IMG/VR virus record: IMGVR_UViG_2884152688_000003 | Location: 42,301-106,300 of that record | Length of the DNA stretch: 64,000 nucleotides | From: a virus | Lineage: Duplodnaviria > Caudoviricetes | Strand: one strand, 5' to 3' | Shown here: piece by piece, positions 20,694 through 30,598 of the stretch | Layout: every line of letters starts with the position of its first letter | Position numbering within the stretch: position 1 is the first letter of the stretch | Notes under the pieces: generated by a model | What the model saw: only the letters and a program-made list of their open reading frames with translations | What the model was told of the DNA's origin: nothing | Databases searched by the model: none | Made by a program: the position numbers and the translations under genes

Positions 20694-20780
20694 GCTATGG
20701 AGAACGTAAATAGGTTTAATTAATAAACCTTAGAACCCTGTGATTTTAATCATAGGAGGTTCAGGGTGGGTTAGATGCTC
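20694..20780 (+). ncRNA. Predicted omegaRNA 3' part of IStron-2 (guide from 20765)
   Basis: Hairpins AGGTTTA/TAAACCT and the right-end stem between the tnpB stop and TCAG; inferred from TnpB biology. Confidence 0.55.
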
Positions 20781-23700
20781 TTAATGCTTTTGCTGGAGGT
20801 TTAGATAAATTAGTAGGTTTTGCAGAAAAATATAATCTTCAACTACCTGTTATGGCATCAGGGCTAGGGATGTTAAAAAGTTCATTTAATGGGTTTAAGA
20901 CACCTATAAAAACGTGGGAAGAATTACTTGGGAACGATACTCCTAAGAAACATTCTAAAGCTACAAACAAACCGAAAATAACAGCAGATTCTTTCTCTAA
21001 ACCTAGAGATATAAAAGAACAAACAAATGCAGTAAATACATTGACTAAAGCTAATGATAAAAATACTCAATCTATAAGATCTAATGTCAAGGCAAGTGAA
21101 AGAACACCAGAACAAGCAAAAGCTGTTAGAAAAGAATTAGCATCTCAATTTAAGACTGTTGATTCATTAGGTAAAGCAAAAGAGAAAGATTTAGATATAA
21201 CTAAAAAAGGGATTTCAGCTAATATTAAGGCAGCCGAAAGTGCTAAACAACACAGAAAAGGGATATCTGGACAAGTCCAAGAACTTAAGTCTTTAAATAA
21301 AGTTAGTTCACAATCGTCCAAAATAGGTATAGGAGATAAAATCAGTGGAGTAACAAAAGGAATAGGTGGGGTAGCTAAAAATCTATTATCTGGTGTTGGA
21401 GGAATGTTAGCAACAGGTGCTTTATATGGTGGAGCTACTTTAGCTATATCTAAAGGATTAGAATATGGGTATAAAGGATACCAAAAGTTAACTAATGGTG
21501 TGAACATGTCTAGGCAAGCCCACATAGATAGAAGAAATGCCTTAGTAGGTGAGAACAAAGCTATTTCTTCAAATATAAACTTTTTACAAAACAATAAAAA
21601 AGAATATGATTCTTTAAGAAATAAACAAAAGCAGTTATCAAACACGCCATATGAGAATATGTCAGAATCGCAAAAGGCTGATATGGACAAATTAAAGGCA
21701 TATAATGAAAAAATTGCCGATATGTTCCCTAATATGGTTAAAGGTTATGATAAAGATGGAAACCCAATTGTGTCCATGAGTGCTAACGCAGATGGTCTGA
21801 TTAAAAGACTAAAAGTGGCACAAGAGTCAAAAGAAAGATTAATAAAACAAGAAAATCAAAGCATAGCAGACAAGAACTTAACTGAAATGACTAGGGGCGA
21901 GTCTATAGGTGATAGCATAATCGGTCGCATAAACAATAAAAACAAAAGCGTTTCAGATTATTACAAAAATCTAGCAAAACAAAGCATGAAAGATTATGCT
22001 TTTACAGATATGTCTAAGTTTTTACCAAAAAACAAAACACACAGCGATGCTTTGTTAGGTGATGATTCTTGGAAAAAAAGACAGGCAAAATGGAAAGAGG
22101 GCTACAATAGTTACAAAAAAGAAGTAGACAAAACCTATGGGGAACTAGCTAATGACATAGCTAAATATGACAAAGCTAACGCCCATAATGCATCAGTAGG
22201 GCAACAAAGCTTACTCGATTCTGGGAGATTTAAAAACTTAAAAAATTCTGCAAAAGAAGCAATCTCCGAAATGGGCTCTATGCTTACATGGGGTAAAATA
22301 AGCACGACAGATGGTGTAAGCTTTTTAAATAAATTAGGAGAAAATGCCGACCCGTCAAAAATACAAAATTGGACAAAACAATTAAATAAATTAAACGAAG
22401 CGTATAAGATGGATAAAGATAGGCAAACTTATCAGGCTGGCATAAAGAGCTTGGCTGATGAAATGGCTAAATCTACAAACGGAAGAGCAAAAGACTATAT
22501 CAAAATGCTTGAAGATGTTGATAGGGGATACGCTAATTTAGAAGAAAAAAGAACCGCAGATTATATGAAGAAGAAAGGTACTAAGTTTAGTGACTTAATG
22601 GAAGGTGGATCTAAAGGATCTTATGCTGACAAAGTTCAACAAGAAATAAGGGACATAATGTCAGCTGAACAACTTCTTATGAATGCAAGAACAACCGCCC
22701 AAAAGAAAAATGCTTTAAGTGAAATTGCTTCATATGATGGTTTAGGTTCTGGCGTTCAAAATTGGGCAAAAGCACTAAGTAATCAAAATGGTATTTCAGA
22801 TGCTAGTATGTCCGCTTTCTCTAAGGTGCTAGGAGCGATAGAGAATTATGACCCTAAAAATAAAAATGCCGCAAAAGACCTAAGTAATATAAAGAAAGCA
22901 CTTAATACTGGTGATATAAAAAATGGAATGAGTATCGCTGACGTACTCTCTCTCACTAAGGACGAATTAGAAGCGATAAGGAATATTGACCCTAATGGAA
23001 ATGCCGGTAATATATTTGAAAAAATGTTAACGGGTGGAGAACAGCTTAAAAATAGCTTGAAAAATGTTCAAGATTTTTATTCTAAAGGTGATAATAAGAT
23101 TGAACTAGAGGCTGAGGTTGCATTAAAGATAGCGGATGCTAACTTAAATACAAAGGAACTTGAAGGTCTAGAAAAAGCTGTCCAAAAAATAGAAGATAGT
23201 AAAAAGAATATGTTTCGAGGTGAAGGAGCAAAATATTTTTCAGGAACAAATGGGGATGTGAATAAGGCATATGAGAATATGTCTAAGACTGATGAGGGTG
23301 TTAAGTTTGCTATCCGCTCTGGTGCAAGTGAAGAAGTTAATAAGTATCGTGAGGGGGTTTCACGTTTAAGCGATAGCTATAACCAACTTAATAGTGAAAT
23401 GAAAAAAAGCATAGATTCTTTAAGTGGAAAGGAATTTAGTTCATATTTAGATACTTTTTCTAAACTTGACGATAAAATGAAATCGTTTGTAAAGAATAAT
23501 AATATAGTTTCAGAAAGTGGTATCAAGGCTGCAAGTGGTCTTTATGATATTGGTAAAAGTACCGGTCTTTCAGATATTCAATCTGAAACAATGGTAAAAG
23601 TAGTGATAAGTACAGTGGGGGAAGAAGGGGCGTCTAGAGTTAAATCATATTTAGACAGTTTGCCAGCTGAAAAAAGAGTAAATGTAACAGCACAGCTAAG

Positions 23701-26700
23701 TGGTGAAAATGGTGAAGGATTCGCACAAGGGTATGACGCTTTAATGCAACATTTCAATGGTGACACTAAACTTGTCCAAAAAGTAGCTTTTGAATTAGAA
23801 AATCAAGGACAAGGGGATCTTATTTCACAACTGAGACCGGACAATTTAAAGGAAACTTTAAAGGTAAAAGCTGAGATAGATATAGATAATATGGATGGTT
23901 TTTCGGGAAAAGAACTTCCTCCAAAAAAACAAAGAGTAGAGATTGAAGAAAGCGAAACAAGTGGTTCAAAAGAATTACCACCAAAGAAACAGAAGGTTAC
24001 ACCCGAAATTGCAACAGACGCTTTAAATGGTGGATTTGCAGGACTAAACGCTCACTTGCCACCTATTAAACAAAAGGTAGAAATTGAACAACCAGCACCA
24101 CCAGCTCCAATTGAGGCTGCACCATACATATTCCAAAAACCAGTAATTCCTCAACCAGACCCACCTCAAGTCGGGCCTATAGCGGCACCACAAGTTGAAA
24201 CGCCAGTTACACCTGAACCAACTCTGCCGGCAATGCCAGCTTTACCGGCGCCACAAATGCAGGCACCTACAATGCCAGTACCAATTATGCCAGTCTTACC
24301 TGTGTTCCCCGCTCCGATAGTAGGAACACCAATCATTCCAAAACCTACATTACCTAGTATGGGGACAATACCTGCACCAAAAATAGGTATGCCAACTGTG
24401 CCTAAACCATCTTTACCAAAGATGGATACTATAGCTGCACCAAAGGTTAATACACCTAAGGTTCCAGCACCAACAATGCCTAAAGTCGAACCAATAAAAA
24501 TAAGTATTCCTTCGGTAAAAGTCCCAGATGTAAAAGGGCAATTAGCTAAGATACCTAAAAGCACAACGGCTACAGTTAGGGTAATAGACAATGCATCGGG
24601 GCCGGCAAGAGCAGCTGCGGGTGCTGTTAGATCATTCCCTACTGGAACAAGAGTAGCGACATTAATTACAAAATATGTAACTCAAGGTTCACCAGGTGGT
24701 GGTGGAGGGAAAGGTGGAGGAAAGTCTCTTGATATTAAAAGAGATGAAATAGACTCTAAATTAGAAAAACTTAAAAAGTTAAAGAACTCTAATTATTTCA
24801 ATCTTAAAGATCTTTCCATCTTTAGAAAAAAGAATACTCAACTTAATCCTCTAGCAACAGCACCAGTAATGGGAGCAGTAGCAACAAGTGATGGTTCTAT
24901 GTCTACACCAATTGGTGGTTATATAGGTGGAACAGCTTCACCTATGGATGAAGACATCGTGTCTTTAGTTAATGAATTCAAGAATAGAACTCTCAAAGGA
25001 TTTGACTATAAAGGAATTACAGCTTTAGATAGACTGAGTTATTCCTTAAAGGAAATACAATTTGGATTAAAAGAAGATATTAATCTTCTTCATGAAATGG
25101 AAAGAGCAGTTAATAGAGTAAATAATTCTATTAAAAGAATAGACTTAAATATGCAAAGAGCTCGTGGCTCTGAAAAAGTGTCTATGCTTTTCCTTCAGAA
25201 CGACCAAATAAGAGAATCAATAAGACGTTCTCAAGCACATCGAGCGGCATTAGTAGTAGAAAGAGATGCATATAGAAATATGTTGAGGACTGAAGGGTTC
25301 AAATTTACACCAGACGGAACTCTGACAGCAAACTATTACGCTCAAATGGCTAAATATAAAGAGCGTGATTTAGCTATCGAAAAAGAATTAGAGAAGTTAA
25401 AAGATGGCAAAGGCGCTGATAGCAAGAGAAAGAAACTTGAAGAAGAAAAGAAAGAAATTGAAAGAAAAAGAAAAACACTTGATGAATACGAGAAAACAGT
25501 AGATAAAATTGTTGATGTGGATTATGGAATTAAAGAACATGAAGTGAAGATAGATAATAATGTTGATGAGGTTGAAAAATTAAGGATTTCTGCATGGAAA
25601 GAAAATTATGAGGCCGCAACAAAAATTATGGATTCTGCTATAAAAGCAATAAATAATTCACTAGATATATATTCTATTAAGTTTAAATATGCTTTTGGTA
25701 TGGATAGATTAAATATCTTAGACGCACAAACATCCAAATATAGAGAGATGAATACAGTTATCGAAAGTAATATTAATACCTTAAATAACTTAAAATCAAA
25801 TCTACAAGGACGTTTAGAAAAACATGGGTTTACTTTTAATGGAGATAACATCTCAAATTATCAGACACACATGGCACAGCTTAAAGATACTTCCACTCTA
25901 TATGAAGATATTAAAAGTTTAGCATCTCAATATTTCGACATTGTTGAAAGCAAAATTCCAGATTATAATAAGAAAATGGAAGAAATGAACCAAAAGGTTA
26001 AAGACAATGCGAAACAAAAGCTTGAAGACACTAAAACGATAGAAGATAAAATTACTAGCATGTTAAAGAAACAGGCTGATGAAAGAATAAAAGCTATCGA
26101 GAAGGAAAGTAAAGCTAGAGAAGATGCTATAAAGAAAAAGAAAGATGAATATAATGAGGCTAGAAAAGAAGCTGATTATCAAGATGATTACCAAAAGAAA
26201 TTAAAGGAAATTGAAAAACTTGAGAAAAAGCGTGATATATATACAAAAGATACTAGCCAAAAAGGGCAAAAAGAACTTCAAAAAATAAATGAAGAACTAG
26301 AAAAGAAAGTAGAAGAACTTCAGAAAAGCGTTGAAAAACACGTGGATGATAAAGTAAATAAGATATATGATGATGAGTCTAAAAGATTAGCTGATGAATT
26401 GAAAGAACTTAAAGAAAAAAGAGATGAGGAATATACTGACGCTGAATTATTGAAAAAAGCTCAAGAGGCTATACAATCGGGGCAATTTACTGATTGGGAT
26501 GGTAATGTGAAAGATCTTCAAACAGCGTTGATAGATTATATGAATGAGTTTGAAGGCGGATTATCAGCAACAGGAGCTTTAATTCAAGCAGAACTAATCG
26601 CCAAATTAAAGGTGGCTAATGATACAATAGCAAGTTTTAAGGAAAATCTCGACATACTTGGAGTAGGTGATTATAATTTAGGTGGTTACATACAGCATTC

Positions 26701-26875
26701 TAAATATAATGAGTTAGAAGATAGAAGAAAAGAATCTACCAACAACATTACCTATAACAAGTCTTTAGTAGAAATCCAAGGCAATGTAGATACTGGAACA
26801 TATGAGAAGATACTTGCTGAAGTTCAAAAATATATAAAACAGCACGAAAGAGATTTAAGAAGCAATATAAGATAA
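20765..26875 (+). CDS. Tape measure protein, exon 2 (spliced product 2756 aa)
   Basis: The frame is open from 20765 and in phase with ATG20852; long coiled coil, hydrophobic Gly-rich segment and Pro-rich block. Confidence 0.88.
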   Translation, partial: GGLDALNAFAGGLDKLVGFAEKYNLQLPVMASGLGMLKSSFNGFKTPIKTWEELLGNDTPKKHSKATNKPKITADSFSKPRDIKEQTNAVNTLTKANDKNTQSIRSNVKASERTPEQAKAVRKELASQFKTVDSLGKAKEKDLDITKKGISANIKAAESAKQHRKGISGQVQELKSLNKVSSQSSKIGIGDKISGVTKGIGGVAKNLLSGVGGMLATGALYGGATLAISKGLEYGYKGYQKLTNGVNMSRQAHIDRRNALVGENKAISSNINFLQNNKKEYDSLRNKQKQLSNTPYENMSESQKADMDKLKAYNEKIADMFPNMVKGYDKDGNPIVSMSANADGLIKRLKVAQESKERLIKQENQSIADKNLTEMTRGESIGDSIIGRINNKNKSVSDYYKNLAKQSMKDYAFTDMSKFLPKNKTHSDALLGDDSWKKRQAKWKEGYNSYKKEVDKTYGELANDIAKYDKANAHNASVGQQSLLDSGRFKNLKNSAKEAISEMGSMLTWGKISTTDGVSFLNKLGENADPSKIQNWTKQLNKLNEAYKMDKDRQTYQAGIKSLADEMAKSTNGRAKDYIKMLEDVDRGYANLEEKRTADYMKKKGTKFSDLMEGGSKGSYADKVQQEIRDIMSAEQLLMNARTTAQKKNALSEIASYDGLGSGVQNWAKALSNQNGISDASMSAFSKVLGAIENYDPKNKNAAKDLSNIKKALNTGDIKNGMSIADVLSLTKDELEAIRNIDPNGNAGNIFEKMLTGGEQLKNSLKNVQDFYSKGDNKIELEAEVALKIADANLNTKELEGLEKAVQKIEDSKKNMFRGEGAKYFSGTNGDVNKAYENMSKTDEGVKFAIRSGASEEVNKYREGVSRLSDSYNQLNSEMKKSIDSLSGKEFSSYLDTFSKLDDKMKSFVKNNNIVSESGIKAASGLYDIGKSTGLSDIQSETMVKVVISTVGEEGASRVKSYLDSLPAEKRVNVTAQLSGENGEGFAQGYDALMQHFNGDTKLVQKVAFELENQGQGDLISQLRPDNLKETLKVKAEIDIDNMDGFSGKELPPKKQRVEIEESETSGSKELPPKKQKVTPEIATDALNGGFAGLNAHLPPIKQKVEIEQPAPPAPIEAAPYIFQKPVIPQPDPPQVGPIAAPQVETPVTPEPTLPAMPALPAPQMQAPTMPVPIMPVLPVFPAPIVGTPIIPKPTLPSMGTIPAPKIGMPTVPKPSLPKMDTIAAPKVNTPKVPAPTMPKVEPIKISIPSVKVPDVKGQLAKIPKSTTATVRVIDNASGPARAAAGAVRSFPTGTRVATLITKYVTQGSPGGGGGKGGGKSLDIKRDEIDSKLEKLKKLKNSNYFNLKDLSIFRKKNTQLNPLATAPVMGAVATSDGSMSTPIGGYIGGTASPMDEDIVSLVNEFKNRTLKGFDYKGITALDRLSYSLKEIQFGLKEDINLLHEMERAVNRVNNSIKRIDLNMQRARGSEKVSMLFLQNDQIRESIRRSQAHRAALVVERDAYRNMLRTEGFKFTPDGTLTANYYAQMAKYKERDLAIEKELEKLKDGKGADSKRKKLEEEKKEIERKRKTLDEYEKTVDKIVDVDYGIKEHEVKIDNNVDEVEKLRISAWKENYEAATKIMDSAIKAINNSLDIYSIKFKYAFGMDRLNILDAQTSKYREMNTVIESNINTLNNLKSNLQGRLEKHGFTFNGDNISNYQTHMAQLKDTSTLYEDIKSLASQYFDIVESKIPDYNKKMEEMNQKVKDNAKQKLEDTKTIEDKITSMLKKQADERIKAIEKESKAREDAIKKKKDEYNEARKEADYQDDYQKKLKEIEKLEKKRDIYTKDTSQKGQKELQKINEELEKKVEELQKSVEKHVDDKVNKIYDDESKRLADELKELKEKRDEEYTDAELLKKAQEAIQSGQFTDWDGNVKDLQTALIDYMNEFEGGLSATGALIQAELIAKLKVANDTIASFKENLDILGVGDYNLGGYIQHSKYNELEDRRKESTNNITYNKSLVEIQGNVDTGTYEKILAEVQKYIKQHERDLRSNIR

Positions 26876-26891
26876 CTCAATAGTAAAAAAT

Positions 26892-26919
26892 AGAGCGAGG
26901 GTTAATGCCTTCGCTTTTT
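26892..26919 (+). terminator. Probable intrinsic terminator / attenuator
   Basis: AGAGCGAGGG-TTAATG-CCTTCGCTTT followed by Ts. Confidence 0.55.
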
Positions 26920-26938
26920 CTATTGGAAAGGAGGAACG

Positions 26939-28663
26939 ATTATAAAAAGAAATATCTACCTAGACTCAGCAAAAAATAAATATACCGTTCATTTATCAAC
27001 CATAAGCGGAAGATATTTAGGGCAAATTCCTTCAAATGCAATTACTGAGATATCTAGAAATGTGGGTGAACATTCTGTAATACAATTAAAGATACCTAAG
27101 TATTATTTAGATATTTTTAGTCAAACAGAGAAAATATATCCTCTTTTTAAAGAAATAAAAAATGAAAGAAGAATAATCTTGAATGAAAATGAAGTCTTTC
27201 TGATAAAATCGATTGAGACGCAAAATGAACAAGTCTTAGAATTAGAAGCAAAAACAAGTGAAATAAGACTTGCTGAAATAGATGTAGAATTAGAAGATTG
27301 TGGGCTATCTTTTTTTCAAGAAGATGAAGAAAGTGAAATATTAAGTTTAGATAAATACCTATATCAAGAATCTGGTTGGAAATTAGGCGAAGTCACAGAC
27401 TTGGTTAAATATGAACCAGGCACCGAAACCGAAAGAGTTAGATGGATAGAGAATGTAGAAAAGAAATGGTATGACTTTATCACAAAAGACTTATGTGAAA
27501 GTTTCGATTGCATGGTTTCTTTTGATTCGTGGAACAAGACAATTGACTTTTTTAAGGAAGAAGAATTGGTAGATGAAATAGGTTTATATCTTTCAAAAGA
27601 CAATTACATAAAATCATTGGAAAGAGAATATGATTCAGACAAAATTGTTACACGTTTAAAAGTTGTAGGAAATGATGAAATGGATATAATAGGTTCTGTT
27701 TGTACAGGTGAACCATACATAGAAGATTATACATATTTCCTTGAAAATGATGAGATGACGGAAGAATTAATAGAAGCTTTAAAAAAATACTATGAGATTG
27801 TAATTGAAAGAGAAAAGATATGGAAAAGATATGTTGATGAAAGAGTGAAAAAACTTGAAGAAAAAAGAATACTTGGTTCAGAACATATTGATCTAGAGGC
27901 TCAAATCACAGCATTAGAAGATATATTAGAAGAGTATGAAAGACCACCTGGTGAAGATAAAGTAAGGGCGGCTGAAATAATATCTAAGATAACAAAACTT
28001 AGAGATAGAAAATCTCTTGTAATAAGTTCCATAGAGTTCTTAGAGGAAGAACTAAAAGCTCTAGAAGGGTCTATAAATAATATAATAACTCTCTGCAAGA
28101 AACCAACAGCGACTGACAATGAAGGAAACCTTATTTTTACAAAAGAACTTTTAGAAGAATTAATGAACTATAACTACACAGAAATCTATAAAAATGATTC
28201 CTTTTTAACTGAAAATGTAGGTGAATTAATTGAATTAGCAAAGCGTAAGTTGAGAGAAAAAAGCTATCCAACGAGAAAGTGGGATATAGATGTTGTTAAT
28301 TTTTTAGAAAGATTGAATCCTTTAAATAGATTAAATTGGAATGGACAGATGTCTTTAGGTGATTTAGTCATTCTGTATGATAGGGAAAATGATACTGAAG
28401 AGTTTATATATTTTACTGGATATTCTCATAAAGTTAGGTCAAACGAGTTATCTATAAAATTATCTAATAAAAAAACAGTAAAAGAAGATGGTATAACTAT
28501 AGCTGATTACTTAACTCAGGCTAAAAACGCAATGAGGGCAATAGATGCTAAAAAATATTTATTTATTCAACAAAAATATAATAGGTTAAATCTTCCAAAG
28601 GAATATATACCTAAGTATAAAGAAAAAGAAAGAGATAGACCAGAGGGAATAATAATTGACTAA
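26939..28663 (+). CDS. Tail hub / Tal-like (prophage tail endopeptidase-type) protein; probable ATT/ATA start
   Basis: IVTRLKVVG and YIEDYTYF motifs; SD AAGGAGG precedes in-frame ATT26939/ATA26942, and the frame is open to GTG27062. Confidence 0.7.
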   Translation: MIKRNIYLDSAKNKYTVHLSTISGRYLGQIPSNAITEISRNVGEHSVIQLKIPKYYLDIFSQTEKIYPLFKEIKNERRIILNENEVFLIKSIETQNEQVLELEAKTSEIRLAEIDVELEDCGLSFFQEDEESEILSLDKYLYQESGWKLGEVTDLVKYEPGTETERVRWIENVEKKWYDFITKDLCESFDCMVSFDSWNKTIDFFKEEELVDEIGLYLSKDNYIKSLEREYDSDKIVTRLKVVGNDEMDIIGSVCTGEPYIEDYTYFLENDEMTEELIEALKKYYEIVIEREKIWKRYVDERVKKLEEKRILGSEHIDLEAQITALEDILEEYERPPGEDKVRAAEIISKITKLRDRKSLVISSIEFLEEELKALEGSINNIITLCKKPTATDNEGNLIFTKELLEELMNYNYTEIYKNDSFLTENVGELIELAKRKLREKSYPTRKWDIDVVNFLERLNPLNRLNWNGQMSLGDLVILYDRENDTEEFIYFTGYSHKVRSNELSIKLSNKKTVKEDGITIADYLTQAKNAMRAIDAKKYLFIQQKYNRLNLPKEYIPKYKEKERDRPEGIIID

Positions 28664-28677
28664 AGGAGGTGTTTTGA

Positions 28678-30423
28678 ATGATATCAGATAACTCACCTTC
28701 CTTAGGTTGGATAAGAGTTACAGGAACAGTTGTTACTTATAGAAACAAAATTTATTACGTTCCAGATGATTTTACTGAAAAAAAGTATATTTACTGGGAT
28801 GCTGAACAACCGGGAAGATTTATTTTTTCAAATACGATTTTGAATGAAAGCACAACTAGATTCCTTGTTTTAATTAACAAAGATGGACAACACACGATTA
28901 CACATTCAAAGAATGAGTATTTTAATATATCTTTTGGCGCTAGCAAATTAGCTACAGTGGAAAAGAAAATTTATGGAATGTATGAAGAATTTCAAGAAGA
29001 GAATGGAAAAAATACAACAAAATTTTCAAACATAACCCAAACGTTAGATAAAATCAATCAAACTGTTGGGTCTATAACTACACAAACTACTAGTATAGAA
29101 GAAAGCATTTCACAAATTAATCAGACAGCGAATGATATTATTTTAGAAGTTAAAAATACAAAGAAAACTTTTTCTAATAACATATTAAAGGATAACATTA
29201 ATCAAGGTTTTATGGATCTTATGTCTGGAATAGGTGTTTTCCAAATGGCAATGGAAAGAATTATGGCTGATGAGAAGAAAGATTTTGGTGGAGGGACTGA
29301 AGAACAAGATGAAATAGATGCCCATATATCGAAATTGACAGAATTAAAAGAAGAACTTTTTACATTTCTTAGGGAAGTCGCAAAAAGTGAGGACTTGTCT
29401 GATGATATATTAAAAAAATTAGAGAAAATAGAAAATCCAATTATACCAGAAATCAATATAGCAGAAAAAAATCTAAAAGATATTATAGAAGGTGCTGGGC
29501 AAGATAGAAACTATAGTCCTTCAGATAGAAAAAGTATATATGAATTTTTCGCAAAATATATCTCTGTTTTAAATCAACATAAGAATTATTTAGATGAAGT
29601 TTTAATCCTTGGAACTGGTGGAAAGATATCAGAAATTATAGGAAAAATGTTTTTAGACAGTTCTAAAGGTGGTTTTAGTTTTTCCGAAAAAATTAATGGT
29701 ATAGTAGATAAACAATCTGAATTCAAGGTTTCGTTAGATGGGATAGAGACAAAGCTAAGCGATAAGGTTAGTAGTACTGAAATTTCTATATTAAGAGGTG
29801 AAATAAGATCTAAAGTAAGTGACTCAGATTTTCAGACTGAAATAAAACAGCTAGGGGATAAAATCACTTCAAAAGTAAGTTCTAGTGAAGTCACGTCTAT
29901 AATTGAACAAAACCCAAAATCTATAAAGTTAGCATTTAACAAAATTGATTCAGCGTCTGCTGTATTTGATGATAAAGGTTTAACTATTAATAAGGGATTT
30001 GTAGCTGTAGACTGTTTAACCGTTCCAAATAATCATGAACCTATTATAAATCTGTTTACGGATCAATATGCTGGAGATGGTTTTGATCCAAAAATAGATG
30101 CTAGAAAAACTGGAAATGGGAAAGCGATAAGACTTCAATATTCATCTTATCATTATATATACGTAGGTAATAATACTTTTGATGTTTATTTAAATGGTGG
30201 TGATAGAGGTAAGTTTAGTGTTAAAGAACTATCCACTCAAGACAGTTGGGACGGAACTACTTATGCAGCAAGAGTTAATAATGAACATTTAGCTACAAGA
30301 AAGTATGTAAATAATTACATTGGTGGAACGCTTAGGCGAAATAGTGATTGTATTTATATAGAAGTTGATGGAAAAAGGGTTCGATTTTACCCAAACAAGA
30401 CATGGGATATAGATGGGTTTTAA
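28678..30423 (+). CDS. Tail spike / central fibre-like protein
   Basis: Coiled-coil repeats (I.SKVS, SIIEQNPKSI) and beta-rich C-terminus; synteny. Confidence 0.6.
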   Translation: MISDNSPSLGWIRVTGTVVTYRNKIYYVPDDFTEKKYIYWDAEQPGRFIFSNTILNESTTRFLVLINKDGQHTITHSKNEYFNISFGASKLATVEKKIYGMYEEFQEENGKNTTKFSNITQTLDKINQTVGSITTQTTSIEESISQINQTANDIILEVKNTKKTFSNNILKDNINQGFMDLMSGIGVFQMAMERIMADEKKDFGGGTEEQDEIDAHISKLTELKEELFTFLREVAKSEDLSDDILKKLEKIENPIIPEINIAEKNLKDIIEGAGQDRNYSPSDRKSIYEFFAKYISVLNQHKNYLDEVLILGTGGKISEIIGKMFLDSSKGGFSFSEKINGIVDKQSEFKVSLDGIETKLSDKVSSTEISILRGEIRSKVSDSDFQTEIKQLGDKITSKVSSSEVTSIIEQNPKSIKLAFNKIDSASAVFDDKGLTINKGFVAVDCLTVPNNHEPIINLFTDQYAGDGFDPKIDARKTGNGKAIRLQYSSYHYIYVGNNTFDVYLNGGDRGKFSVKELSTQDSWDGTTYAARVNNEHLATRKYVNNYIGGTLRRNSDCIYIEVDGKRVRFYPNKTWDIDGF

Positions 30424-30598
30424 GGAGGATAATTTGGAATTTAATAAAGATATGTATATAGAAGTTTTGCAAAGTCAAGTAAATTCATTTCTTGATGAAA
30501 AGTTAAAACTTATAACTATGTATGAAGCAGAAAAAAGAAAAAGATTGGAATTAGAAGAGATAATAGAAAACAACAAAAAAATTGAACAGGAGGCTTAA
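30413..30598 (+). CDS. Small coiled-coil protein
   Basis: 61 aa, overlapping the upstream gene. Confidence 0.5.
   Translation: MGFKEDNLEFNKDMYIEVLQSQVNSFLDEKLKLITMYEAEKRKRLELEEIIENNKKIEQEA

Larger units (their letters stand above)
18870..20764 (+). mobile_element. IStron-2: group I intron + tnpB only (non-autonomous, IS1341-like)
   Basis: Follows TTAT and ends in TCAG (20761-20764). Subterminal GTGATTTTAATCAT hairpins at 18898-18917 and 20737-20756. Excision gives in-frame KAVY|GGLDALNAF. Confidence 0.92.

Noticed and set aside
16710-26875. Tape measure and gp10-like genes as IS-inactivated pseudogenes
   Set aside because: Both insertions carry intact, covarying group I cores, and their removal restores the reading frame exactly.
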